Shown in pieces: positions 30,715 through 40,150 of a DNA stretch of 64,000 bases. The notes under the pieces are model-generated. The model ran no database searches. It was not told where the DNA came from and saw only the letters and a program-made list of their open reading frames with translations. Source of the DNA: Candidatus Melainabacteria bacterium 17Bon1m (GTDB taxonomy: Bacteria; Cyanobacteriota; Vampirovibrionia; Obscuribacterales; Obscuribacteraceae); assembly GCA_032128875.1 (NCBI GenBank), contig JAVLKG010000005.1:256001-320000 (forward strand), in the 5' to 3' direction. The position numbers were made by a program, and so were the translations under genes. Every line of letters starts with the position of its first letter. Positions within the stretch are counted from its first letter, which is position 1.

Positions 30715-31464
30715 ATGGACGTTGAAAAATGTAAGGTGAAGATTTTTGGCGATGGTGCCGATAAAAAGTCGATTTTAGAATTGAATGCCAATCCGTTAAT
30801 ATCCGGATTTACTACAAACCCCACCCACATGCGGAAATCCGGCGTTGAATGTTATGAAACGTTCGCGCGGGATATTCTCAGTCTCGTCACCGAGAAGCCT
30901 ATTTCGTTTGAAGTTTTTTCGGACGATCTCGATGAAATGGAAGAGCAGGCTCGAGAAATAGCCAGTTGGGGCAGAAATGTCAACGTTAAAGTTCCAATAA
31001 CCAATACCCGTGGTACCTCCACGCTTCCGATCATCAGGCGGTTGTCCGCTGACGGCATCAAGCTGAATGTCACCGCAATGACGGTTTATGAGCAAGTAGC
31101 CGGTGTGGCGCCTATTCTCAGCGACGGTTGCGGTGGTATGGTCAGCGTTTTTGCCGGACGCATCGCCGACTCAGGCAAAGATCCAATACCGGTAATGAAG
31201 TCCTGTGTGGAGCTTTTGGAGTCCTGCCCAGGTGTAGAGCTGATTTGGGCAAGTCCACGCGAGATTTTGAACCTGGTACAAGCTGAAAGCATCGGCTGCC
31301 ATATCATCACGATTACGAGCGACATATTGAAGAAACTGCCGCTCTTGGGCGGCGATCTGGTTGCAGTATCGCTGGATACCGTGAAAATGTTCTACAACGA
31401 CGCCTCGGCTGCGGGCTTCAAAATCCGTATACGTGCGGCGGAACTGCAGGACCAACAAGTCTAG
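30715..31464 (+). CDS. tal: Transaldolase (short TalC/FSA-like type)
   Basis: GFTTNPT, SFEV, VKVP Schiff-base Lys, FAGRIAD, WASPRE; ATG 30715 preferred. Confidence 0.9.
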   Translation: MDVEKCKVKIFGDGADKKSILELNANPLISGFTTNPTHMRKSGVECYETFARDILSLVTEKPISFEVFSDDLDEMEEQAREIASWGRNVNVKVPITNTRGTSTLPIIRRLSADGIKLNVTAMTVYEQVAGVAPILSDGCGGMVSVFAGRIADSGKDPIPVMKSCVELLESCPGVELIWASPREILNLVQAESIGCHIITITSDILKKLPLLGGDLVAVSLDTVKMFYNDASAAGFKIRIRAAELQDQQV

Positions 31465-32732
31465 GCTTCTGCAACAGGTCCGGACTTAAGGTTCAATACG
31501 CAAAGTACCAAGAGAACAACGTTGACTGCCATCAAGAGCAGTCCGGTGGTTTCTGGTGTCGTAATTCCGCAAAACCAAGTCAGCGCCGGATATGCAATGA
31601 GTGTTAGCGTTAAAAATGCCCTGGCGGGGCGCTTCTGAAGGTCGATCAGAATCGGGCTTAGACTGATCTGCTGGAGGTAAATTGCTGCAGGTAGGGCGAG
31701 AATCAGCATGTCGTAAGAAGGCATGTAAGGCGTGAATAGAATCATCAGCAACATCGTTGTTGTAAATGCGTCGTCGAATCTGGTTTGTCCATATTTGCGC
31801 CAAATAAGGATAGTGGCCAATGCTCCAATGGGAAACAGCGCCGCGCCCACTTTCAGCGCCAGAGCGATAGGCATGGTTACGTTGAAGATCATTTTCAAGC
31901 AAACGATCGATCTCATTTCAGGCGTCGAACTTATGGCATATGCGACTTTCGGATAGCTGGAAACAGTTTCCCAGCCCAGGTTGGCGATAGATATGGCGAA
32001 CAATCCTAAGATCAAGAATATTGCGGTAAAGGCTGTTTTCCACCGCCGCTGGACTAACTCTGCGATTATGAAAAGTGCGGCGATGTGCGGCTTTAGACCA
32101 ATTAGTCCGAGTGCAAAACCTGAAAGAAGTGGACGATTTGTCTTGCGTGCATAGTAATAGAAGAAAAAGAAACCCAGCAAGAAGAAGCTGAACTGACCGA
32201 TACGCAAACCATGTGCCGCCGGGACGCTGCCTAGCAAATAAAGTACGAATAAAGCAAGGCTAGATAATCTCCACCCTTTCAGTTTGCAAAGGACTGAGTA
32301 TATCCCTGAAAGCGACAGTAGAACTCCCACGAGTGTGAAGACAGCGAATGCTAGTCCCAGCGGCAGCAATGCGAAAAGCTGAAACAATGGAATTATGTAG
32401 GGCGTCGAAATAACATTGAAATTTCCCACTTCCATTTTGGGATGAACGAGGTCCGTAATTACGCGCATCTGGGTGGGCAGGTCATACACCAGATGTTTCA
32501 AATCCGCCTGATTAGCCATTAAGCCACAGATGTAGAAGCGAGGAAAATCGGTTATCTGCGACTTCCCTGTAAAACCGGCATAAGTAAATAGGTTGTCGCC
32601 AAGCGCAGAAAGAACAACGAGCCCGTACACGCAAATGTCCCACATGATGATGAGACACCATGCTCCGAAAACCGCTAATCGTTTGACTTTTTCAGTTTCT
32701 GCCCAGCTGATCAGTGATTCAGAAACCTTCAT
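31461..32732 (-). CDS. GT87 / DUF2029 GT-C glycosyltransferase
   Basis: DFPRFY..VYD, IGQFS, LKPH, PYMPSYD; start overlaps the epimerase stop. Confidence 0.8.
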   Translation of the reverse strand: MKVSESLISWAETEKVKRLAVFGAWCLIIMWDICVYGLVVLSALGDNLFTYAGFTGKSQITDFPRFYICGLMANQADLKHLVYDLPTQMRVITDLVHPKMEVGNFNVISTPYIIPLFQLFALLPLGLAFAVFTLVGVLLSLSGIYSVLCKLKGWRLSSLALFVLYLLGSVPAAHGLRIGQFSFFLLGFFFFYYYARKTNRPLLSGFALGLIGLKPHIAALFIIAELVQRRWKTAFTAIFLILGLFAISIANLGWETVSSYPKVAYAISSTPEMRSIVCLKMIFNVTMPIALALKVGAALFPIGALATILIWRKYGQTRFDDAFTTTMLLMILFTPYMPSYDMLILALPAAIYLQQISLSPILIDLQKRPARAFLTLTLIAYPALTWFCGITTPETTGLLLMAVNVVLLVLCVLNLKSGPVAEA

Positions 32733-33709
32733 TTCTGAGCTACCATCGCGCGGATCGAATGTCGGATAGCGTCTCCCGAAAGATATTTCGGTTGCCAGCC
32801 AGTGGCGCGAATCTTGTCGGTATTGAGGCGAATGATTGGCACATCACCTTTCCAGCCTCTGTCGCCGCCGGCATAATTGAGCTTCACTACCGCGTCCTTG
32901 CCGAGTACTTCTTCGATTGCGATAGCAGCAATTTCGCTGACGGTTATGTAGTCACCTGTGGCAACATTGAATGTGTCAAACCGAACCTGTGACTTTTCGT
33001 GCGCTGTCCAAACGGCTTTGACAATATCATCAATGTACACGTAAGACTTGCTTTGTGAGCCGTCTCCGAGGATGTCCAACTCTTTGGGATTTTCTCTCAA
33101 TTTGCGCACGAAATCGTAGCCGATGCCGTGAGTTTGCCTTGGCCCGACGACGTTTCCAAAGCGAAATGCAATTCCTGAGAAGTTGAACATATAGCTGTAT
33201 GCCGCAATCAGCCCTTCTCCAGCCAGTTTGCTCGCGCCATAGGTCGAGATAGGAATCATCGGCGCGTAGTTTTCTGCGGCTTCTGTCATACCGATATCGC
33301 CGTAAACACCACTGCCTGATGCGTACAGTATGCGTTTTGCCCCGCTCAATCGCATTGCTTCGACTACACATTGTGTGAGCGCGGTGCCTTGATCGAAATC
33401 GATTGTAGGTTCGCGAACAGCGCGCGCTATATCAGGGTTGGACGCTAAATGAATAACAGTTTGGTGACCCTTCATTTGCTCGGCCAGCGCATCGAGATTT
33501 TCTATTTTGCCTTCGTAGACATTGATCTTGCCGCTATCTAAATGCGGCTTCAGATGCTCGATATGCCAGCGCTGTCCTGATGAAAAATTATCGTATATCG
33601 TCACCCTTTCTATAGAGGGTGTTTCAACCAGCATGCTGGTGAAATGACTGCCGATAAAACCGGCACCGCCTGCTATGAAAACGCTCTCCTTGTCAGGCAT
33701 TGTTTCCAA
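32729..33709 (-). CDS. NAD-dependent NDP-sugar epimerase/dehydratase
   Basis: GGAGFIG, YGASK, RFGNVVGP. Confidence 0.93.
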   Translation of the reverse strand: METMPDKESVFIAGGAGFIGSHFTSMLVETPSIERVTIYDNFSSGQRWHIEHLKPHLDSGKINVYEGKIENLDALAEQMKGHQTVIHLASNPDIARAVREPTIDFDQGTALTQCVVEAMRLSGAKRILYASGSGVYGDIGMTEAAENYAPMIPISTYGASKLAGEGLIAAYSYMFNFSGIAFRFGNVVGPRQTHGIGYDFVRKLRENPKELDILGDGSQSKSYVYIDDIVKAVWTAHEKSQVRFDTFNVATGDYITVSEIAAIAIEEVLGKDAVVKLNYAGGDRGWKGDVPIIRLNTDKIRATGWQPKYLSGDAIRHSIRAMVAQK

Positions 33710-34991
33710 CCCCTTCGCGGACTCTCGCCGCCACTGTTTTGGCAGAGCGGATTACCGCATCTGAATTCAAATAGTTGAATTCTGCAAAGCGACCGCACAA
33801 TTCGATCTTTTGTTCGGCGCAGAATGCATTTACGATCTCCAAGTTTTTTTCTCTGTGCAAATCGTAAATCGGATAGGCGTATTTCACCCGCTTCACCGCA
33901 GTGGTGACCACTTCGTTTTTCTGGATCAAGCCTTCTCTTGTCAGATCATCAATCACTCGCTGAGCCACCTGCTCGTCCGTCATGGAGAACGTCTGGTCAT
34001 TTTCTTTTCCTGTGATTTCTACTACCATCGAAGAGCATCCTTCAGGTGCATAGTTGCTTCCGAAATAGTCAAAGAATACGAGCCTGTGAAAAATAATTTC
34101 CTTTTCTGGAAAGAAGCAAGTGACCATATCCTCTCTGCGAGGGCGATTCAGTCCTACCATCACAACAATCAATGAATTGTATTGCAGCGCGGAGACTGCC
34201 TTGGCGACCTCTGTTGGAACATCTTCCAGCGAAGCTACGAGATCGTAAATCGGCATTGCGCAAATCAGTTTTTCATACTCGCGTTCGTCTTTATCGCTTA
34301 TGACACGCCATGTTTGCTTGTCTTTCAAAACTTTTTTGACGGGAAACTCAGTGGTAATTTGACCAGGGAGATGCTCGGCCAGAGTCTTGGGAAGCGTTTC
34401 AAAACCGCCTGTCTTAGGATAGTGAAAATAGAGCTGATGAACATAGCCTTCAGTCTCGATTCCTAAGGCAGATTTGACAAGGTCCTCTACGGGCGGCTTG
34501 GGCACTCGCTCTACCCACTGAACCCCCATCTCCGTAAGAGGCGTTTTCCAGATTTTCTGGTTGTAGGGAATCAAATATTTTTCTGCCAGGCCTTTACCGA
34601 AAGTGTTATAGATCCAGTCTTCGAAGTTGTTTTGGGGTCTGGGCGGATTGTTGACAAAGCCGACAAGAATTTCGTAAATGTCCTCTTTGTCCAGCACGGA
34701 GAGCCCGTTTTCAAATGGATATTTAACGAACCGATTTTTGTAATAGCAATTTGCTTTTCGAAAAAGCTTATTGGTTTTTCCCTCGAGCAATTCCAGTTCG
34801 AAGTCCAAAATCTCAGTGTCTCGCGAAAAAATAATATGTCCACCTAAGTCGAAGGTGAATCCATCTTTTTCATAGCTCTTGCAGAGCCCGCCAACGGATG
34901 CGCTTCTCTCGAGGATCTCGCAATCTTTTCCGATAAAATATCCGAGGCTAAGCCCCGCTACACCACCGCCCAAGATGCCGATTTCTTTCAA
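33693..34991 (-). CDS. FAD-dependent oxidoreductase, NDP-sugar pyranose mutase (Glf)-like
   Basis: GGGVAG, FDLGGH, PYNQKIW, WVERVP, YP..GG, YAYPIY, GRFAEFNYLNSD. Confidence 0.75.
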   Translation of the reverse strand: MKEIGILGGGVAGLSLGYFIGKDCEILERSASVGGLCKSYEKDGFTFDLGGHIIFSRDTEILDFELELLEGKTNKLFRKANCYYKNRFVKYPFENGLSVLDKEDIYEILVGFVNNPPRPQNNFEDWIYNTFGKGLAEKYLIPYNQKIWKTPLTEMGVQWVERVPKPPVEDLVKSALGIETEGYVHQLYFHYPKTGGFETLPKTLAEHLPGQITTEFPVKKVLKDKQTWRVISDKDEREYEKLICAMPIYDLVASLEDVPTEVAKAVSALQYNSLIVVMVGLNRPRREDMVTCFFPEKEIIFHRLVFFDYFGSNYAPEGCSSMVVEITGKENDQTFSMTDEQVAQRVIDDLTREGLIQKNEVVTTAVKRVKYAYPIYDLHREKNLEIVNAFCAEQKIELCGRFAEFNYLNSDAVIRSAKTVAARVREGVGNNA

Positions 34992-35002
34992 GACTTTCTC
35001 CG

Positions 35003-35983
35003 CTAAGAAACCATGAGTTTTGTGCCTGAAAAGTCGAGTTTAAACCGCAGTTCTTCGACATTTACATTGTGCATCGCTTGACGCAGACGAAGTTTGTCTT
35101 CGCTGTAAAACATCAAAAATCCGCCACCGCCTGCGCCAATGAGTTTGCCTCCAACGGCGCCATTGTCCATAGCAAGTTTGTATAGCTCATTGATTCTTTC
35201 GTTCGAAATTCCTTTCGAGCGCTTTTGCTTGTGTTGCCAGTGCTCGTGCATCAACTCGCCAAACCCGCGTAAATCGCCGCCTTCGAGCGCGTTTTTTATC
35301 CTGAAGCCTAATTCTTTGGTGAAATGCAAATTGTCCAAAATATCTGATTCTGATTTGTTGGTTCTGTCATCTTGATCTTTCAAAACTTCAGATGCAGAGC
35401 GGGAATAGCCAGTGAAGAAAATGGCGAGATTATCTTCCAGGGAATACAAAGTCTCTTTGGAAATTTTTGCCGGTTTTGCTTCTACCGTTCCATTCGTGGT
35501 GACGTCAAAGCAAGTGACACCGCCGTATGCGGCGATGAATGGATCTTGCTTGCCTACCGGCTCTTTCAAATGCTCAATTTCAATTTTGCAAGCCTTTTCT
35601 GCCAGGTCATGCGGACTAAGCCAGTAGTTTCGTTTGTGCGCATACAGTGCTTTCAGCAGTGCTGTTGTGAAACTGCCTGAGGAGCCTAGCCCTGTACCGG
35701 CGGGGATGTCCGCCATGCTGCATATTTCAATGTTTGGTCCAATCTCCAATTGTTCAAGAGCCGTTCGCACAATTGGATGTCGAATTTCCGTGACTTTCTT
35801 TGCGCGCTCCAGCTGAGAATACTTGATGACATATTCGTCGTTCCATGATTGATGGACCATGACGTACATGTACTTGTCAATCGCAGCTGAAAGGAAGAAT
35901 CCGGAGAATCGGCTGTAGTATGAGGGCAGGTCCGTGCCACCTCCGCCCAAAGATATTCGCATTGGACTTCTTGCGATGATCAT
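35003..35983 (-). CDS. hddA: D-glycero-alpha-D-manno-heptose-7-phosphate kinase (GHMP family)
   Basis: PMRISLGGGGTD, PAGTGLGSS, GKQD, GAGGGGF. Confidence 0.9.
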   Translation of the reverse strand: MIIARSPMRISLGGGGTDLPSYYSRFSGFFLSAAIDKYMYVMVHQSWNDEYVIKYSQLERAKKVTEIRHPIVRTALEQLEIGPNIEICSMADIPAGTGLGSSGSFTTALLKALYAHKRNYWLSPHDLAEKACKIEIEHLKEPVGKQDPFIAAYGGVTCFDVTTNGTVEAKPAKISKETLYSLEDNLAIFFTGYSRSASEVLKDQDDRTNKSESDILDNLHFTKELGFRIKNALEGGDLRGFGELMHEHWQHKQKRSKGISNERINELYKLAMDNGAVGGKLIGAGGGGFLMFYSEDKLRLRQAMHNVNVEELRFKLDFSGTKLMVS

Positions 35984-36001
35984 TTGCTGTTCAACTCGCT
36001 C

Positions 36002-36607
36002 CTAAGCTTTCAGTGTTTCCGATTCCCATTTCGCTGCATTTACCTGCAGGAGCGGATGCGACACGAGAAGGTGCCACATTACAGCCTGAAAACCTTCGGT
36101 AAGAGGTGTCACCAGGTTTGATTCGACAGGCGGAATAATAATTGCGGCATCAGCCTCTTTTGCGGTGTAACCGCCGTCCTTGCCTACAATTCCGACTATC
36201 GTTGCACCTTTTTCTTTTGCATAAGCGACGGCATTGACAAGATTGGCGCTGATATTTCGCTCTGTGCTGCCACCACCGACGGAGAATACCAAAAGACCAT
36301 CTCGACTGCTTAAGCGACTTACTTTGAGCCAGTTGCTGAGAGTGGTGTCCCACCCTTCATCGTTGACGCGTGCAGTCAGTTCTGAAACGTTATCGTACGG
36401 TGCATACGTTTCGATATTGCAAATCTTTCGAAAATCGCAAGTGGCATGAGAAGCATGGCCAGCGCCGCCGCCGGATCCGATAATGAAAAGTCGCCCTTCT
36501 CGGTCTCGTACTTTGGCTAGATGCTCTGCAGCGCTTTCCAGCGCATCTGCGTCTATCGTCTCTATCACTTTGGCGCAATGCGCCAGGAAGTCACGAGAAA
36601 AGCTCAT
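36002..36607 (-). CDS. gmhA: Phosphoheptose (sedoheptulose-7-P) isomerase, SIS domain
   Basis: IGSGGGAGHASHATCDF, LTARVND, SVGGG, E..Q..WH; ATG 36607 preferred. Confidence 0.85.
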   Translation of the reverse strand: MSFSRDFLAHCAKVIETIDADALESAAEHLAKVRDREGRLFIIGSGGGAGHASHATCDFRKICNIETYAPYDNVSELTARVNDEGWDTTLSNWLKVSRLSSRDGLLVFSVGGGSTERNISANLVNAVAYAKEKGATIVGIVGKDGGYTAKEADAAIIIPPVESNLVTPLTEGFQAVMWHLLVSHPLLQVNAAKWESETLKA

Positions 36608-36772
36608 TTGACGTCTCCTGCCTACCAATACTGCTATTCCCCCTAGAGTACTAACAAAACGATATCAGCAGAGCCTCGAAAGAGGCTCTTTTCAAATAAG
36701 GTACCTTGCTTCGAGCTGATATTATTGCTTGAGACGATATTCCGCGCAGAATTGCGTTCCCACGGTTTAGGG

Positions 36773-37987
36773 ATGACAGAAGGCTCTTCAGGTTCAAATT
36801 TAAAGGCAATGGACGGGCATTCACCTGTTTTGTCCGTGGTCATGCCTTGCTTGAATGAAGAAGGCGCCCTGGCGATTTGTATCGAGAAAATCAACAAGGC
36901 TTTTACTGAAAACAACATCGACGGCGAAATTGTACTTGCCGATAATGGTTCGACAGATAGATCTGTAGAAATTGCTGAAAGCATGGGTGTGCGAGTCGTT
37001 CACCAGCCTAAAAGGGGCTATGGCAACGCTTATCAAAAGGGCTTCGCAGCCGCCAGGGGAAGCTATTTCATCATGGCTGATGCAGATGATACCTACGATT
37101 TTGCACTAATTCCGAAGTTCTTGGAAAAGTTACTGGAAGGATACGATTTCGTCACTGGCAGTCGATATCTCGAAAATGGCGGCACAAACATAACCTGGCT
37201 GCACCGCTATGTCGGTAACCCGCTCCTCACTCTCGGTCTGAATACGCTTTTCGGAACGCCATACACTGATGTGTATTGTGGCTATAGAGCCTTTTCTAGG
37301 GAAGCTTACGAGAAGGTTCGCCCCGTCAGCCCGGGTATGGAATTCAACTTAGAACTCGCTATCAATGCTCACCTTGTAGGTCTTAAATACTGCGAGATAC
37401 CGATTGCTCTGGCCCCGCGCATCGGCGAGTCGAAGTTGAACACTTTCAGAGACGGCTGGCGCAGTCTCAGAATGATGATTCTCTACTGCCCGAACAAAGT
37501 ATTCATCATTCCAGGTGTCACGCTTTTCATTGCGGGCATGATCGTCTACACAATTGTTTTGTTCAGTCTGGTGCGCTTCGAGGGACGCTCCCTGGGACAA
37601 GTAACCAGTATTGTAGGCACCGTGCTTAGTGTCGTTGGAGTGCAAACGCTGCTGCTCGGGTTGCACGCAAAGACGTATTCCTGGAGCCGAAGATTCGACC
37701 CAAACCAAAAGTTTCTCTCTAAGTTTTACAGCATCTTCAATTTAGAATCTGGCTTGTTGCTTGGCTCAACGATGGCTCTAACAGGTTTGATCGTCTTTGC
37801 CGTGATTACATACAACTGGTTCAAATCCGGCTTTCTTCCTGTTCCACGTCCCGAATTTGCTTCATTGGCAGGAACAATGATAATCATCGGGCTGAGTGTT
37901 ATTTTCTCGTCGATTTTTATCAGTGCAATGTCAGTCACTAAGGGCAATGATTCCGCAGCTCCAGTGCGGGACGACAACGCTGATTAG
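36773..37987 (+). CDS. GT2 with C-terminal TM helices (dolichol-P-glucose-synthase-like)
   Basis: MPCLNEE, DNGSTD, GYG, DADDTY, SKLNTFRDGWR plus four TM segments; start uncertain (36725-36809). Confidence 0.9.
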   Translation: MTEGSSGSNLKAMDGHSPVLSVVMPCLNEEGALAICIEKINKAFTENNIDGEIVLADNGSTDRSVEIAESMGVRVVHQPKRGYGNAYQKGFAAARGSYFIMADADDTYDFALIPKFLEKLLEGYDFVTGSRYLENGGTNITWLHRYVGNPLLTLGLNTLFGTPYTDVYCGYRAFSREAYEKVRPVSPGMEFNLELAINAHLVGLKYCEIPIALAPRIGESKLNTFRDGWRSLRMMILYCPNKVFIIPGVTLFIAGMIVYTIVLFSLVRFEGRSLGQVTSIVGTVLSVVGVQTLLLGLHAKTYSWSRRFDPNQKFLSKFYSIFNLESGLLLGSTMALTGLIVFAVITYNWFKSGFLPVPRPEFASLAGTMIIIGLSVIFSSIFISAMSVTKGNDSAAPVRDDNAD

Positions 37988-38031
37988 TTGAGTCATTAAG
38001 CGCAAATTGAAACCCGGGATCGCAAGGTTGG

Positions 38032-38454
38032 CTAGATGGCTGAGCGATGGAGGCTGGAAAAATTCGGATGTTTGGGATTGTAGAGAACTCGTAAGTGCAT
38101 GCCCTTTGCATAGAGATTGCACGCATAATTCATAGCGTCGGTGCGGTAATCGAACGACCTCAGATTTGCCTGCCCCTCATGCGATACGTGGTCTACCAGA
38201 TAGACATAATGTACAACCGGCGTGTATTCGTACCGGCGGCTATATCTGCTGCTGCGATATGACGACTCTTGGATGTCCACACTGGTGACTTTTCCTGTCA
38301 CTTCCGGCCAATTCTTGCTGCTAAATTGGGCAAAAATCGCGTAACCGCCAAAGCCAATGACGCCGAGAAGAAATAGACCTTTGAAGCTAGGTACTCCCGT
38401 GTATGGTCTGCTCATTTTTTTCACCGTTAAAAACTTGAGGGCTGGCTTTCGCAA
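38032..38454 (-). CDS. DUF3592-like membrane protein
   Basis: TM then WPEVTGKV...YTPVVHY.Y...VLYNP..P. Confidence 0.75.
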   Translation of the reverse strand: MRKPALKFLTVKKMSRPYTGVPSFKGLFLLGVIGFGGYAIFAQFSSKNWPEVTGKVTSVDIQESSYRSSRYSRRYEYTPVVHYVYLVDHVSHEGQANLRSFDYRTDAMNYACNLYAKGMHLRVLYNPKHPNFSSLHRSAI

Positions 38455-38719
38455 CGCTGTAGGGCTTTTGAAAGACTTTCGGTTTCGAAAGTGTTCCCAT
38501 TCTAGAGGTTTCTTCTTGGCAACCCAAAGAACTTAAACATGTCCTCAACATCCGCTTTTCCGGAAGATTAATTGCAATATTGCGCAGCCTGCTAGATTTT
38601 GCCGTTTATTCAGTCGCTGTGAGGTTTCCCGGCTGTTTTCGGCGGGAACGAACATAAAGCAGCCTTACTAATAGTCTTACTAAATTCAGATTCCGATTCC
38701 AAAACTAAATCAGGCGTAA

Positions 38720-40141
38720 ATGCTTTTCAATTCCGTCGAGTTTTTACTGTTTTTTCCGATAGTAACTGCTCTGTATTTCATTCTCCCGAACCGCTGGCGT
38801 TGGCTGCTGCTCTTTCTTGCCAGTTGTTTGTTCTACATGGCGTGGATACCAATCTATGTCACTATTCTCTTTCTGATAATAATCGTCGACTATGTAGCCG
38901 CGCGCAAGATTGAAGGAGCGACCGGCAGCAAGCGGAAGCTATTCCTGCTTGTGAGCGTTATCGCCAACGTTTCGCTTCTTGCGATTTTCAAATACTACGA
39001 TTTCCTCTGCCAAAACTTCACTGAGATTTTGCAACTCTTGCACATCTCTTGGAAGTTTCCAGCGTTGAATTTGATTTTGCCGATCGGACTTTCTTTCCAT
39101 ACCTTTCAGGCGCTCGCGTACACCATCGAGGTCTATCGCGGCAATCAGCCGGCTGAGCGTCACCTGGGCATCTACGCGCTGTACGTGATGTTCTATCCTC
39201 AGCTCGTCGCCGGACCAATCGAGCGCCCGCAAAATCTAATTCACCAGTTCAAAGAAGACCATCGATTCGTGCCTGAAAACGTCGTCAGTGGCTTACGGCT
39301 GATGCTCTGGGGCTTCTTCAAAAAAGTTGTAATCGCCGACAGGTTGGCAATGCTCGTCAATCAGGTCTACAACCAGCCCCACGAGTACAGTGGTTTACCG
39401 CTCTTGATAGCGACTTATTGTTTTGCTTATCAAATTTACTGTGATTTTTCCGGCTACAGTGATATCGCAATTGGTGCCGCAAGAGTGATGGGCATCAATC
39501 TCATGAAGAACTTCAATTCGCCCTATGCAGCCTCGAATATTCAGGATTTCTGGCATCGCTGGCACATCTCACTGTCTACGTGGTTTCGCGATTATCTCTA
39601 CATTCCTTTGGGCGGCAGTAAGTGCGGTGAATTCTTTCGGCTGAGAAATATCATCATCGTGTTTTTTGTAAGCGGACTGTGGCACGGCGCTAACTGGACA
39701 TTTGCAGAGTGGGGATTGTTGCACGGTCTTTTTATCGTTGCCTATATCTACTGGAAGCGATTATCCATCCCCAAACTCTTGCCTGCCGCTTTGCATCAAT
39801 TCATCAGCTTGTTTATCACATTCAATGCAGTTTGCTTTGCGTGGATATTCTTCCGAGCCAACTCAATCGCCGATGCCCACTGGATTGTGCAGCATCTCTT
39901 CCCGCTGAATAACGCGGACAAGCTCGGCAATCTTGGTCTGACGGGAGGCGAAATACTCGTCTCGATCGTGGCGATTTTTATTCTTGAACTGGTTCAATTC
40001 CTTGAGCGAAATAAAGGTGGAGTGGCGTTCTTTGAAAAACAAAAACTCACGACTCGCTGGATTTGTTACTACACTCTTTTCTTCATTATCATTGTTCTTG
40101 GTGAGTTTGGTGGCGCAAGGTTTATCTATTTCCAATTCTAG
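38720..40141 (+). CDS. MBOAT O-acyltransferase (AlgI/DltB/PatA-like)
   Basis: MLFNS, LPIGLSFHTFQ, DFSGYSD, FWHRWHISLS, GLWHGA, FIYFQF end. Confidence 0.95.
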   Translation: MLFNSVEFLLFFPIVTALYFILPNRWRWLLLFLASCLFYMAWIPIYVTILFLIIIVDYVAARKIEGATGSKRKLFLLVSVIANVSLLAIFKYYDFLCQNFTEILQLLHISWKFPALNLILPIGLSFHTFQALAYTIEVYRGNQPAERHLGIYALYVMFYPQLVAGPIERPQNLIHQFKEDHRFVPENVVSGLRLMLWGFFKKVVIADRLAMLVNQVYNQPHEYSGLPLLIATYCFAYQIYCDFSGYSDIAIGAARVMGINLMKNFNSPYAASNIQDFWHRWHISLSTWFRDYLYIPLGGSKCGEFFRLRNIIIVFFVSGLWHGANWTFAEWGLLHGLFIVAYIYWKRLSIPKLLPAALHQFISLFITFNAVCFAWIFFRANSIADAHWIVQHLFPLNNADKLGNLGLTGGEILVSIVAIFILELVQFLERNKGGVAFFEKQKLTTRWICYYTLFFIIIVLGEFGGARFIYFQF

Positions 40142-40150
40142 ATTTCGAGC

